NCBI GenBank assembly: GCA_047947115.1
Contig: CP170459.1
Coordinates: 352,001 to 416,000 of the forward strand
Reading direction: 5' to 3'
Source: Verrucomicrobiota bacterium
GTDB taxonomy: Bacteria; Verrucomicrobiota; Verrucomicrobiia; Limisphaerales; AAA164-E04
DNA: 64,000 nucleotides
Part shown: in pieces, positions 20,699 to 31,067 of the stretch
Numbering within the stretch: the stretch's first letter is position 1
How the letters are laid out: each line of letters opens with the position of its first letter
The notes under the pieces: generated by a model
Database searches by the model: none
What the model was told of the DNA's origin: nothing
Seen by the model: the letters and a program-made list of their open reading frames with translations, nothing else
Position numbers and translations under genes: made by a program

Positions 20699-21754
20699 AT
20701 GCGAATGATTGTTCAATGCATCTGTTTTTGTGTCGCCGCTTTCTCACTGAATGCGGCGGATCTCTACATTGATCTTTCCGAAAAAACAGAAGGAGGTCTG
20801 CCTAAGGATTTTGAAAGTGTGTTGGGAGGCAAAGGGAAACCTGGAAAATGGGTCATCCTTAAGGACGAGGTTCCCGGATACTTCAGGTCTTTCTCCGAAA
20901 AAGCCCTTAACACCAATGTGCGCCCCGTCCTTGCCCAGGTGTCTGAAGACCTGACCGATGAGCATTTTCCCATGCTGATCTATACCGGCCAAAACTTCAA
21001 AGACTTCACCATCAAAACCAAATTCAAACTGGTCAGCGGTGTGATTGAAACCATGGCGGGAATTGTTTTTCGCTACCAGGACGAAAACAACTACTACTAC
21101 GTCAGGGCCAGCGAGGGAGGAAGTTCGTTCGCCTTCTTCAAGGTAGTCAATGGCATCCGAAGCCAGCCTGTTAAGGTACAGGCAGAAATTCCGATCGGCA
21201 AATGGCACAGCATGAGTGTCCAGGTGGAAGGCCCGAAGATCAATGTCATCTTGAATGACAAACCCGTCATCCCGGAACTGACAGATCACACTTTCAATTC
21301 TGGAAAGATCGGCTTCTGGACCAAATCCGATGCTGTTTCATACTTTGCGGATACCGTAATCGAATATAAACCCATGGTCATTGCCGCCCAATCCATGGCC
21401 AAGGATATCCTCGAAGCATTCCCCCGCTTAGTGGACTTGAAGATTTTCGCCCCCAGTAAAAGAGGTGTACCCGCCAAAGTCATCGCAGCAATGCATGATG
21501 AAAATCTCGGTGAAGAAGAAGACGAAGCAGTTCGTGATGTGATCGCCAGCGGCAAACAATACTACGCAAAGAACAAAAAAGTGGTCACGGTCACCATGCC
21601 GGTAAGAGATCGCAATGGAGATCCTGTGGCAGCCATTCGAATCAGCATGAAATCCTTCATCGGCCAAACTCAAGCCAACGCCCTTGCCCGCGCCATCCCG
21701 GTCCTTGAACTCGTGCAGCAACGCGTGCTCTACCTCAAAGATTTTTACCAATAA
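20699..21754 (+). CDS. Secreted DUF1080/concanavalin-like domain protein with C-terminal PDC/Cache-like domain
   Basis: Signal peptide; AGIVFRYQDENNYY, GKWHSM, SGKIGFWTK; C-terminal VTMPVRDRNGDPVAAI. Confidence 0.7.
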   Translation: MRMIVQCICFCVAAFSLNAADLYIDLSEKTEGGLPKDFESVLGGKGKPGKWVILKDEVPGYFRSFSEKALNTNVRPVLAQVSEDLTDEHFPMLIYTGQNFKDFTIKTKFKLVSGVIETMAGIVFRYQDENNYYYVRASEGGSSFAFFKVVNGIRSQPVKVQAEIPIGKWHSMSVQVEGPKINVILNDKPVIPELTDHTFNSGKIGFWTKSDAVSYFADTVIEYKPMVIAAQSMAKDILEAFPRLVDLKIFAPSKRGVPAKVIAAMHDENLGEEEDEAVRDVIASGKQYYAKNKKVVTVTMPVRDRNGDPVAAIRISMKSFIGQTQANALARAIPVLELVQQRVLYLKDFYQ

Positions 21755-21767
21755 GTGCAGCTTCCGC

Positions 21768-21931
21768 AGGTAGACACGGGTCGTCCCTGGCCCGTGCCTT
21801 GTGGTATCCGATAGTCAATCAGCTTTTGCTTGGGGAAGCTTCCGGTCACCCCAAGGTAAAACGTGCCGTCCCTGGCGCGTGCCTTATGGCACCCGATAGT
21901 CAATCAGCTTTCGCTTGGGGAAGCCTCCGGT
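21768..21931. repeat. Two tandem ~80-bp direct repeats, REP-like
   Basis: 21782-21846 vs 21867-21931 match at 59 of 65 positions; copy 1 is preceded by GTAG and forms a CACGGG..CCCGTG hairpin. Confidence 0.85.
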
Positions 21932-22060
21932 TCTCAATAGCCCAACCCTGTTTGCAACCAACATCGCACATGCGTGACTGGAGGTTTATCACGTCAGGGT
22001 TTTCCCTTGGATACCATATTTGAACAGGCAGTCACAAGGGGCGCATCGAGACGATCCGAT

Positions 22061-23143
22061 CTACCTGTTCTCCGCTTGCATCTCCTCTGGCGAAGGGCCC
22101 TCACGGACACAACGAAATCCCGTATGCGACATGGCGGTATCGGGCGCCGACTTCATCCGCCACCACAACCGATAGCCCTCACAATAAAGATCGCTGCAAA
22201 GATAAGATCCGCCGCGCATGATCTTCTTGGGAATTCCTGGTTCGTTTGGATCGTAGCTTTGGCTTGGTCCATGCGGATTTTTGGCCGGACTTTTTGCGTA
22301 ATAGTCAGGCATATACCAATCCATGCACCACTCCCAGACATTGCCCGACATATCATACAGTCCCCATGCATTCGGTGAATACTGGGCGACGGGAGCCATC
22401 CAATAATGTCCATCAGCAACCGAATTCTGATTCGGAAAATCACCCTGCCAAACATTGGCATGCCACTGATTGTCCGGAGTCAACTCATCTCCCCAGATAA
22501 ACTCGGCACCTTCCACACCTCCGCGAGCGGCATATTCCCACTCTGCTTCAGTCGGCAAACGTTTGCCCGCCCATCTGGCGTATGCAATGGCATCTTCCCA
22601 AGCCATCTGAGTGACTGGATATTCCCCCTTTCCCTGAACATCCGAAGAAGGTCCCGTGGGATGCTTCCAACTTGCTCCAGCCACATAACGCCACCAGGCA
22701 TAATGATTCCGGAGTGAAACCGGTTGACCTGGGGGTTCAAACACAATCGCACCGGCAACCAATAACGAAGGATCCGCCCCGGGGAATTGGGCCGGATCAG
22801 GTTTTCGTTCAGCCACGGTGACGTATCCGGTCTCACGAACAAATTCACCAAACTGCTCATTGGTCACTTCGGTCTTATCCATCCAGATACCCGAAATGGA
22901 AATCTCTCTCACCGGCCGTTCATCGCCTTGTCCGGATTCGCTGCCACGCCGATATGTTCCGCTTGGTATCCAGACCATGTCGTTGGTCCATGAGTAATCC
23001 CTGGCGATACGAGGCGTTTCATCACTCTGGCCACCTTCGCTTGTTGCTTCATCCGCAGGAGATCCACAACCGGAAACCAACAATCCGGTCAAGAGCCCCC
23101 CTGCTAGCAGCTGTTGCCATCCGTCCATAAATTCAATTTTCAT
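22061..23143 (-). CDS. Formylglycine-generating enzyme (SUMF1/FGE) family lipoprotein
   Basis: Lipobox LVSGC; TEVTN, RLPTEAEWEYAARGG, GLYDMSGNVWEW, RGGSYLCSDLYC, HTGFRC. Confidence 0.92.
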   Translation of the reverse strand: MKIEFMDGWQQLLAGGLLTGLLVSGCGSPADEATSEGGQSDETPRIARDYSWTNDMVWIPSGTYRRGSESGQGDERPVREISISGIWMDKTEVTNEQFGEFVRETGYVTVAERKPDPAQFPGADPSLLVAGAIVFEPPGQPVSLRNHYAWWRYVAGASWKHPTGPSSDVQGKGEYPVTQMAWEDAIAYARWAGKRLPTEAEWEYAARGGVEGAEFIWGDELTPDNQWHANVWQGDFPNQNSVADGHYWMAPVAQYSPNAWGLYDMSGNVWEWCMDWYMPDYYAKSPAKNPHGPSQSYDPNEPGIPKKIMRGGSYLCSDLYCEGYRLWWRMKSAPDTAMSHTGFRCVREGPSPEEMQAENR

Positions 23144-23201
23144 AAGAACCTTCGAATGCTTTTCTCTGGCTTTCGCACTATCATCGGTGCATATTGGCAG
23201 C

Positions 23202-24170
23202 ATGTCTGATCATCCGTTCAAGCTAAGTTTTCAAACAACTTGCAGGTTGTTTGTTGGTCTGATTGCCCTGCACTTTACAGGCAACTTCGCCCAGGCCCAA
23301 GACAAAGTGTTTTCCGGTCCTCAACCGGGTGAAACCACCACCCCTTTTAAAACCATCGAACTCCGGGGCGAACATCAGGGCGAAACCATTGATCCCATCG
23401 CTTCCAATGCCGGTTCCCCAACCACTTTGGTTTTCGTGCATGGGATCGAACGTTCCATGGCTCCTTTGATGCGTGTCATCGACAAGTTCGGGAGCCAGCA
23501 CAAGGATCAGTTGAAAACGGACTGGGTGTTCCTCAGTGACGACCCCATTGCCAGCCGCCAACGCCTTCCACAGGTCGCTCGCTCGCTCAAAATCGAAGGC
23601 CGCTTGCTGCTGTCAGCCGATGGAATCGAAGGACCCGGCAACTACGGCCTCAACAAGGAATGCCTCCTGACCATCATCGCCGCCAAGGACAACAAGGTCG
23701 CAGCCAATTTCGCGCTCATCCAACCCGGTATCGCCGATGCCGAAGCAGTCATTGGCGCACTTTCGAAACTGATCGAACTGGAAACGCCACCCACCATCGC
23801 ATCCCTGACCGAAGACATGCGCATGGCACAAGAGCAAGGACGAGGTCGCGGGGAAAACATGAGGCAGCGGGGACAAAACATGCGCCGGGGAGAAGGACGC
23901 CCTCAAGGAGGAGAACTGCCCGGAGCCGCACCAACGGATGATCGCCTCGTTGGTTATTTGAGATCTTTCATTCAACGCACCAACTCCGACGAACGTGTGG
24001 ACCAGGTGCTGAATCAGGTGAGGGATTATATCAAAGACAACAATGACCTCACCAAACAGGCCATGAACGGCTGGATCCGTGTGCTCGCCGTGAAATACGG
24101 CACTGAATACGCTCAAACCAAAGGAGCGGCATTTGTTGAAGAGCTCAAAAAACAAGTGGGATCTGAATAA
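23202..24170 (+). CDS. Secreted hypothetical protein (thioredoxin-like fold possible)
   Basis: Signal peptide AQA-Q, SGPQPGE and GPGNYGLN motifs; first gene of the 23202-28746 cluster. Confidence 0.65.
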   Translation: MSDHPFKLSFQTTCRLFVGLIALHFTGNFAQAQDKVFSGPQPGETTTPFKTIELRGEHQGETIDPIASNAGSPTTLVFVHGIERSMAPLMRVIDKFGSQHKDQLKTDWVFLSDDPIASRQRLPQVARSLKIEGRLLLSADGIEGPGNYGLNKECLLTIIAAKDNKVAANFALIQPGIADAEAVIGALSKLIELETPPTIASLTEDMRMAQEQGRGRGENMRQRGQNMRRGEGRPQGGELPGAAPTDDRLVGYLRSFIQRTNSDERVDQVLNQVRDYIKDNNDLTKQAMNGWIRVLAVKYGTEYAQTKGAAFVEELKKQVGSE

Positions 24171-24196
24171 ATCTCTCCCTGAGCCCGCCCCTCGTC

Positions 24197-26377
24197 ATGC
24201 CATTCCCAAAGATTCAATCCGAGCAGCGATCTAAATCAGGATCTTGGATTGCATGTATCATTGCTTTGTCGTGTCCGGTGATGGCATTGAAAGCAACCGA
24301 CGCAATCAACAACACACCACACTTCACAAACGAAATCGTCCCCATCCTGACCAAAGCAGGCTGCAATTCCGGTGCCTGTCACGGCGCGGCGACCGGCAAG
24401 GGCGGTTTCAAGCTGAGTTTGTTCGCCGAGGATCCACAAGCCGATTATGAGGCTATCACGCGTGACCGGTTCGCCCGAAGATTAAACCTCGATCACCCGG
24501 AAGAAAGTTTGGTCCTGCAAAAAGCTTCTCAGCAGATCGATCACGAAGGAGGACGACGGTTGCGCAGTTCTTCCGACAACTTCGCCCGATTGAAACAGTG
24601 GATCACTCATGGCGCCCCAATGGGCAACCCTGCGATTGCCTGCAAAGAACTCCTCGTTTCGCCCCCCGAAATCCGGGCCAAGGCCAAAGGTGATGCTATC
24701 GCCATCAAAGTCGAGGCTCTGATGGCCGACGGTTCCCGCAAGGATGTCACCCGGTGGTGCGTGTTTGATTGCATGGATGAAGGTATCGCCGATGTCACTG
24801 GGCAAGGCGAAGTGGTGTTTCAAAACCATGGCGTCACATCCGTACTGATTCGATTTGGAGCGCTGACCAGTTCCTGTCGCGTGGGATTGCCCTACCCGGT
24901 CGAAAATCCCATAAAATACGAATCCGCTCATCACCCGGTCGACGTCATACTTCAAGCTGAATGGAACAAGTGGAACCTTGAACCTGAAACCACGGCAGCA
25001 ACGCACACACTGGTCCGCAGATTGTTTCTGGATTTGACCGGACAGATTCCATCTCCAGAAGAAACGGTGCATTGGACCCAGGAAGCAGCCTCTGACAGCG
25101 GCTACCATCAATTGGTCAAACACCTGATATCCACTCCCGATTTTGCAGATTTCTGGAGTTTGCGCTTTGCTGATTGGTTGTTGGTGGACACCAAGAAACT
25201 CGGACCGGAAAATGGGGACGCTTATTACTCATGGCTCAAGGAGCAGATCAAATCAGATCAGTCCATGTTGAACACCATCCGGACATTGATCGAAGCCAGG
25301 GGGTCCTTTTCGAATTACGCACCCGCTAATTTCAATCGTCAGGCAACGGATCCGCGTGACATGGCGGAATATGTCGGCCAGACCCTGCTGGGTGCAAGGA
25401 TCGCCTGCGCGCGTTGCCACAATCATCCGGTCGATGAATGGACGCTGACCGATTACCATGATTTCGCAGCCATTTTTTCAAAGACCGGTCTGGAAAATGG
25501 GGCAGTCGTGTTCAAAGATCTCGGCGAAGTCCCCCACCCCAAAACCGGCAACGCCAGCACACCTCGCCCATTGGGAGTTTCCGCGGGAATGATCCATCCC
25601 GACGAAAAAGACCCAATCAAAGTGCTGGGAGAATGGTTGGCTACACAAGGATCAGATCGGTTTGCGCGCGCTTTTGCCAACAGAATTTGGAAACACCTGT
25701 TCGGCAGCGGCATCGTGGAACCGGTAGATGACCTGCGTTCAACCAATCCTCCCCTGATTCCAAATCTGCTTGAAACACTGGCAGAACTATGGAGCGAGAA
25801 AGACTATCGTTTCACCTCGTTGATAGAACTGGTGGTGACCTCCAATGCCTATCGACAGCAATCGGATTTCAACGCCTTTCGCGGCACGCCCCGGGGTTTC
25901 TTCAACGCCATGACGCCACGCGCATATGAAGGGCGCGTACTGGTGGACGCCATTCGTGGCATCACACAACAGCCTGATTATCTCATCGAAGTGCTGGCGG
26001 GCCAAAACGCCATCAACACATGGGATCACCGTCAGGAATCTTTTGCGCTGGATGTCCTCGGACGCTGCAAACGTGAAGACCCGTGCCAGGAATCCGGTTC
26101 CTCAGGGGGTGGATTAACCAAATCGCTCTATCTCTTCAACGATCCGGAATTGCAATCATTACTGGAAAATGCATCGACAAAATGGATTCAACAAATCAAC
26201 TTCAACACTGAAGCGCTACTGCGGGAAGTTTATTTGAGAACGTTTTCACGCACTCCGACACCCGAAGAATTGAAACACTGGTCAAATGTTCTGAAAGATT
26301 CCGATTCAAAAGCTGAGGCCCTTTCAGACATGCTCTGGGCCATGCTGAACAGTCGAGAGTTTCTCTGGATCCATTGA
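24197..26377 (+). CDS. DUF1549/DUF1553 planctomycete-type cytochrome c domain protein
   Basis: GCNSGACHG, RRLFLDLTG, CARCHNHP, NRIWKHLFGSGIVEPVDD, LNSREF. Confidence 0.92.
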   Translation: MPFPKIQSEQRSKSGSWIACIIALSCPVMALKATDAINNTPHFTNEIVPILTKAGCNSGACHGAATGKGGFKLSLFAEDPQADYEAITRDRFARRLNLDHPEESLVLQKASQQIDHEGGRRLRSSSDNFARLKQWITHGAPMGNPAIACKELLVSPPEIRAKAKGDAIAIKVEALMADGSRKDVTRWCVFDCMDEGIADVTGQGEVVFQNHGVTSVLIRFGALTSSCRVGLPYPVENPIKYESAHHPVDVILQAEWNKWNLEPETTAATHTLVRRLFLDLTGQIPSPEETVHWTQEAASDSGYHQLVKHLISTPDFADFWSLRFADWLLVDTKKLGPENGDAYYSWLKEQIKSDQSMLNTIRTLIEARGSFSNYAPANFNRQATDPRDMAEYVGQTLLGARIACARCHNHPVDEWTLTDYHDFAAIFSKTGLENGAVVFKDLGEVPHPKTGNASTPRPLGVSAGMIHPDEKDPIKVLGEWLATQGSDRFARAFANRIWKHLFGSGIVEPVDDLRSTNPPLIPNLLETLAELWSEKDYRFTSLIELVVTSNAYRQQSDFNAFRGTPRGFFNAMTPRAYEGRVLVDAIRGITQQPDYLIEVLAGQNAINTWDHRQESFALDVLGRCKREDPCQESGSSGGGLTKSLYLFNDPELQSLLENASTKWIQQINFNTEALLREVYLRTFSRTPTPEELKHWSNVLKDSDSKAEALSDMLWAMLNSREFLWIH

Positions 26378-26398
26378 CATTCAACTTTGAGATACCCC

Positions 26399-27733
26399 AT
26401 GAAGCCACAATCCTCCCTATTTCGTTGCGATGGCATCAACCGCCGGGATTTCCTGCACATCGGCCTGATGACAGGTCTCGGCATGAACATGGCAGACCTG
26501 CTTCGCGGACGCGCCCTTGCTTCCACGCCTAACGGCAGGACAGGCGCCACCAAAGCCAAATCATGCATTCTTATCTGGTTGGATGGTGGACCGAGCCACC
26601 TTGAAACATTCGATCTGAAACCGGACGCTCCGGTGGAAATCCGAGGGGAATTCAAACCGATTGCCACAGATGTCTCCGGCATCCAAATCAGTGAACACCT
26701 CCCCAGAACCGCGCAAGTCATGAAGCATGTTGCACTCATCCGATCCATGACCCATGAATTCGGAAATCACAACACTGGAAGTCACTATCTTTTGACCGGC
26801 AACAAACCGTCCCCAGTACTGGAATACCCCAGTTTGGGAAGCATCTATGCACAACAATCCGGCCTTGAAAAAGTATTACCCCCTTATGTAGCCATTCCGG
26901 AAGGAGTAACATACGCAGGCTCAGGTTTTCTCCCCGCCACCTATCAACCTTTTTCACTCGGAGGGGATCCATCCAAGCCGGATTTCCGGGTCCGAAACTT
27001 GAATCCGCCAGCAAGCCTCAGCCTGCAGCGCGTGGAACGTCGTCGTGAAATGCAACAATTTCTGGACAAAGTCAAACGCTCCACAGAAGAAAACCCCATC
27101 GACACACCGCTCGACACCTACTACGAACAAGCTTACGCGCTACTGACATCTCCCGAATCACAGGCTGCATTTGCTTTGGAAAAAGAATCGCCCCGCGCTC
27201 GTGAACGCTATGGAAAAACTCGGATCGGCACTGGCTGCCTGATGGCCCGCAGGATGGTGGAACACGGTGTCGGTTTTGTGACCATCGTTGACAAAGGCTG
27301 GGACATGCACACCCAGATCTTCAAGAACATGCCGGACGCCCTTTTCCGTGGCAGCGGCAAACTGCCTTCTTTGGACCATGCTTACTCAGGATTGATCACC
27401 GATCTTCACGAGCGAGGGCTGCTGGATTCAACACTCGTCATCCTTATGGGAGAATTCGGGCGCACACCGAAGATCAACGACCGCGCCGGTCGCGACCACT
27501 GGCCACGGGCAGGCTTTGTCTGCATGGCGGGCGGAGGTGTCCGGGGTGGACAAGTGATCGGAGCCACCGACGCCTACGGAGAAGCCCCCAGCGAACAACC
27601 CGTCCCCCCGGAAGACTTGGCCTGGAGCACTCTGGAACTACTCGGCATTCAACCCGACTTCGCCTACCAAGCCCCCAACGGTCGTCCTATCCAATGGGTC
27701 AAAGGTGGCAAATCCATCGAAGGACTCACATGA
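26399..27733 (+). CDS. DUF1501 domain protein (Tat-exported)
   Basis: RRDFL Tat motif, GGPSHLETFDLKP, GWDMH, GEFGRTP, GRDHWP. Confidence 0.93.
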   Translation: MKPQSSLFRCDGINRRDFLHIGLMTGLGMNMADLLRGRALASTPNGRTGATKAKSCILIWLDGGPSHLETFDLKPDAPVEIRGEFKPIATDVSGIQISEHLPRTAQVMKHVALIRSMTHEFGNHNTGSHYLLTGNKPSPVLEYPSLGSIYAQQSGLEKVLPPYVAIPEGVTYAGSGFLPATYQPFSLGGDPSKPDFRVRNLNPPASLSLQRVERRREMQQFLDKVKRSTEENPIDTPLDTYYEQAYALLTSPESQAAFALEKESPRARERYGKTRIGTGCLMARRMVEHGVGFVTIVDKGWDMHTQIFKNMPDALFRGSGKLPSLDHAYSGLITDLHERGLLDSTLVILMGEFGRTPKINDRAGRDHWPRAGFVCMAGGGVRGGQVIGATDAYGEAPSEQPVPPEDLAWSTLELLGIQPDFAYQAPNGRPIQWVKGGKSIEGLT

Positions 27734-28746
27734 TGCGCCCCACCTTTTGCATCATCAGGGCGCTTTGTCTGTATTTGCTGATCAAGGGCCTTTCTCTGGC
27801 GGGAACGTCGGTGGTCGACATAACATTTCATCCAAGCGAACCCATTGCGGTCTGGAACGGGGATTACTCGGTAATCGTCCATTCGATGAATGATTCATCT
27901 TCCGAACGGAAGATACATATCGATCCCATCAAGACAGGCATGTTCCGAATACATGGATTGACATTTCATCCAAGCGGTAAATACCTCGCTCTCGCCGGGG
28001 GATCTCCAGGAACAAAAGGAAGCGTATTGGTCTTGAACTGGCCTGACGGGGAAGTGGTGGCAAATCAATTACTGGAAGACGAGTGGATGACTTGCATCGC
28101 GTTTTCCAATCAAGGTTCACAGCTGGCGGTTGGCGCGGGAAATTCGGATATACTGATCTTTGATTTCACTCAAGCTGGCAATACTCTGAAACAAACCCAA
28201 ATCCTCCAAGGCCATGCCGGATCCGTAATGGACCTTCTTTATGATGAAAGCGACCAGTGGTTGGTCAGCGGCGGTTCCGATCGATCGGTTAAAATATGGA
28301 ACATGGAAAAAGGAGAACTCCACCGAACCTACTCTCATCACACAGGCATCGTTTATTCAACCGCATTGCGCCCATCTCAACCAAACAGCGCAGAACTCCC
28401 CTTTTACATCGCAACGGCATCCACCGATCAAACCGTCCGAATCTGGCAACCGGAAATCGGACGTATGGTAAGAATTGTGCGCAACCAACAAACCGAATTG
28501 TTCGCAGTCGCCTACCACCCTTCCGGAAACTGGATGGCTTCGGCCGGGAAGGACGGGGTGATCCATTTCATCAATGCCAATTCGGATCAAATCCTGAAAT
28601 CAATCAGAGTTCATGATGACTGGATATATGCACTTTCCTTTTCCCCGAACGGCGAATGGTTGGCCAGTGGAGACTGGAAGGGAAAGGTGCAATTCCAACC
28701 TGTCTCCGCCGATCTTTCCGCAGAGGCAACGGATGCCAAACCTTGA
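27730..28746 (+). CDS. WD40-repeat protein
   Basis: GH...SGGSDRSVKIWN, STDQTVRIWQ repeats; ATGA overlap with the upstream stop. Confidence 0.88.
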   Translation: MMRPTFCIIRALCLYLLIKGLSLAGTSVVDITFHPSEPIAVWNGDYSVIVHSMNDSSSERKIHIDPIKTGMFRIHGLTFHPSGKYLALAGGSPGTKGSVLVLNWPDGEVVANQLLEDEWMTCIAFSNQGSQLAVGAGNSDILIFDFTQAGNTLKQTQILQGHAGSVMDLLYDESDQWLVSGGSDRSVKIWNMEKGELHRTYSHHTGIVYSTALRPSQPNSAELPFYIATASTDQTVRIWQPEIGRMVRIVRNQQTELFAVAYHPSGNWMASAGKDGVIHFINANSDQILKSIRVHDDWIYALSFSPNGEWLASGDWKGKVQFQPVSADLSAEATDAKP

Positions 28747-28752
28747 AATCAT

Positions 28753-29649
28753 TCAGTCCGCATCCACCTGGAAAAATTTAAAAAAGACCATCTGGTATTG
28801 ATTGATGAAACTATCGATCCCAATACGACCTGTTGGCTGCAATCGTGTGTTGTCCCACCCATTGAAGTTCGTGGTCGCAAACAAATAATCAAGAGTGCCC
28901 GCTTTTGGTGTCCAGTGGATTTCGACACTACCGGTTTCACGCCGCACAACATTCGCAGTGGTCGAACGAATAACCGGCAGGGGATCTTGTAATCCTTTGA
29001 CGGCAAAAACCTGAGCCTCCTCCCCCAGTCTAAGGATAAAAACCGATTCTATGACAGGGGCCGTTACTGGCAGATCCACCTGCCCCGTTCGGAGATTCAG
29101 TGTGACCGGAACCTTTCCCAAAGCAGTCACAATATCCATCCCCTCCACCACTTCACCAAACACGGAATGTTTATCGTCCAGATGAGGCGTAGGAGCGAGG
29201 GTCACGAAAAACTGACTTCCATTGGTGTTGGGGCCGGAGTTGGCCATCGAGAGAATGCCAGCCTTGCTGTGACGAAGTTCGGAATGAAATTCATCCTTGA
29301 ATTGATACCCTGGGCCATCGTTGCCCAACCCGTTTCGGGAACCACCCTGAATCACAAACCCAGGCACCACCCGATGAAACGTCAAACCATCAAAGTAAGC
29401 ATCCTCACGCAACCGGCCATCACGGAAATCCAGCCAGGCCTGGTCCCCTTCAGCCAAACCCACAAAACTAGCGACGGTTCTGGGAACTTTCTCATGATTC
29501 AACTTAGCAACAAACTCACCCAAACTGGTTTGAAACACGGCATAAACCCCTGGATCTGTCGGCGCAGCGCCGACGGAAACTGAGACGAACAATGAACCCG
29601 CAAGCAAGATCATTCCGAGTAAAGAACTGAATCGTTGGTATTTTTTCAT
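28753..29649 (-). CDS. Secreted cyclophilin-type peptidyl-prolyl isomerase with C-terminal extension
   Basis: FHRVVPGFVIQGG, LSMANSGPNTNGSQFFVT, HSVFGEV; GGAGG before ATG 29649. Confidence 0.92.
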   Translation of the reverse strand: MKKYQRFSSLLGMILLAGSLFVSVSVGAAPTDPGVYAVFQTSLGEFVAKLNHEKVPRTVASFVGLAEGDQAWLDFRDGRLREDAYFDGLTFHRVVPGFVIQGGSRNGLGNDGPGYQFKDEFHSELRHSKAGILSMANSGPNTNGSQFFVTLAPTPHLDDKHSVFGEVVEGMDIVTALGKVPVTLNLRTGQVDLPVTAPVIESVFILRLGEEAQVFAVKGLQDPLPVIRSTTANVVRRETGSVEIHWTPKAGTLDYLFATTNFNGWDNTRLQPTGRIGIDSFINQYQMVFFKFFQVDAD

Positions 29650-29733
29650 GAGTATCCCTCCATTGAGAACAAAAACCAAACGGGGTTTTAAGGAAAAAGC
29701 CAAGCAGTAAATGCCCCATTCAACAACTCCTTG

Positions 29734-30420
29734 TCAGCACCCCTCTCCAAGAACCAAAAGCTGCTCCTCAAGCTGTCGGATCAATTCCTCCCGATCTTCC
29801 GGAGAAGCATCCCGAGAAACCTGAATGGGTTCACCGAAACGCACATGACACTTTGAAAATGGTTTTGGGATTATAAATGCATCCCAGCTGTTCAACGTCC
29901 ATTTGGAAGAAAAATTCAAGGACACCGGCACAATGGGGTTTCCGGTCAACTGACCAAGGCTGATCACTCCGCCCTGCACCTTGTACTTGGGCCCCCTTGG
30001 TCCATCGGGGGTCAGAGCCAGATCGTATCCATTGCGCTGTAGAGTTACCAACTCCTTCAATGCTTGTGATCCACGACGGCTAGAAGACCCGCGAACAGGA
30101 TGAACATCATAAGATTTCAGTACAACAGACAAAAGCGCGCCATCGTTACTGGCGCTGACCAAGACCCCCAATTGTCGATCAGAATGGAATTGACGCAAAT
30201 ATCGCGAACGCACCTCCAGACACAACGACAACCGATTGTGCCAAATACAGAAGATCGCGGGATGCAGCTTCCCTGTTTGATGTGGATCGATAAATTGAAA
30301 CCGAACCGTTGCTGCCAATCCTTTGATGAGAAAACTCAGAAATGTTCCCGCGATGCGATCCAGAAAACCCGGCTGCTTTGGTGGACGGCGATTTTTAGGA
30401 ATGGTAGGCGATTCAACCAT
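29734..30420 (-). CDS. Lysophospholipid acyltransferase-family protein (DUF374)
   Basis: WHNR, SASNDG, VRGSSSRRG, TPDGPRGP, SWDAFIIPKPF. Confidence 0.88.
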   Translation of the reverse strand: MVESPTIPKNRRPPKQPGFLDRIAGTFLSFLIKGLAATVRFQFIDPHQTGKLHPAIFCIWHNRLSLCLEVRSRYLRQFHSDRQLGVLVSASNDGALLSVVLKSYDVHPVRGSSSRRGSQALKELVTLQRNGYDLALTPDGPRGPKYKVQGGVISLGQLTGNPIVPVSLNFSSKWTLNSWDAFIIPKPFSKCHVRFGEPIQVSRDASPEDREELIRQLEEQLLVLGEGC

Positions 30421-30443
30421 ATACAGGAACCAGTCGGGCCCGG

Positions 30444-31043
30444 TTATTGCTGCAACCCGGCCCTGACCAGACGATCAAGCTCCGCATCATCACCCAACAC
30501 TGCCTGGGCGGCCTTGATTCGTTTCAGGGCATCGGGTTGTTTGTATCCCAATGCCACCAGAGCAGCCACGGCATCGCCGAGTTTTTCTTCAGCCGGAGTG
30601 GCTCCACGTTCGTCACTCCTGGCTTCCCATTCACCTACCTTACCGATCTTGTCCTTCAGCTCGACAATGACACGTTCAGCGGTCTTTTTACCCAGACCAG
30701 GTATACGGGAAAGCCCTTTTACGTCATTATTGGCCACCGCGCCCCGAAACATCGTGGGCGTCATTCCACTCAGCACGTTCAATGCAATTTTTGGACCAAT
30801 ACCACTGACCGTCTGCACCAACAGAAGAAAAAGTTCCCGTTCGGCTGAGGACATAAAACCGTACAGAATATGGGCATCCTCACGTACTGCCAGGTGAGTC
30901 AGAATTTTACACACATTTCCCGGCGCCGGAAGACGGTCATACGAAGACACCGGAATCAGGACATGATACCCCACTCCCTGAACATCGATCAGGATGTGAG
31001 TGGGATGTGCCTCAACTAATTTCCCTTGAAGAAAAGCGATCAT
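30444..31043 (-). CDS. ruvA: Holliday junction branch migration protein RuvA
   Basis: MIAFLQG, VREDAHILYGF, VSGIGPK, PGLGKKTAERVIVELKDK, ALVALGY. Confidence 0.97.
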   Translation of the reverse strand: MIAFLQGKLVEAHPTHILIDVQGVGYHVLIPVSSYDRLPAPGNVCKILTHLAVREDAHILYGFMSSAERELFLLLVQTVSGIGPKIALNVLSGMTPTMFRGAVANNDVKGLSRIPGLGKKTAERVIVELKDKIGKVGEWEARSDERGATPAEEKLGDAVAALVALGYKQPDALKRIKAAQAVLGDDAELDRLVRAGLQQ

Positions 31044-31067
31044 GAACGAAACAACTTAAGTTAAAAA

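Noticed and set aside
20428..20772. 114-aa ORF in the divergent intergenic region
   Set aside because: No motif; overlaps the start of the 20699 gene out of frame
21768..21931. CRISPR array interpretation of the tandem repeat
   Set aside because: Only two 65-bp units, the spacer is itself part of the duplication, and no cas genes are present
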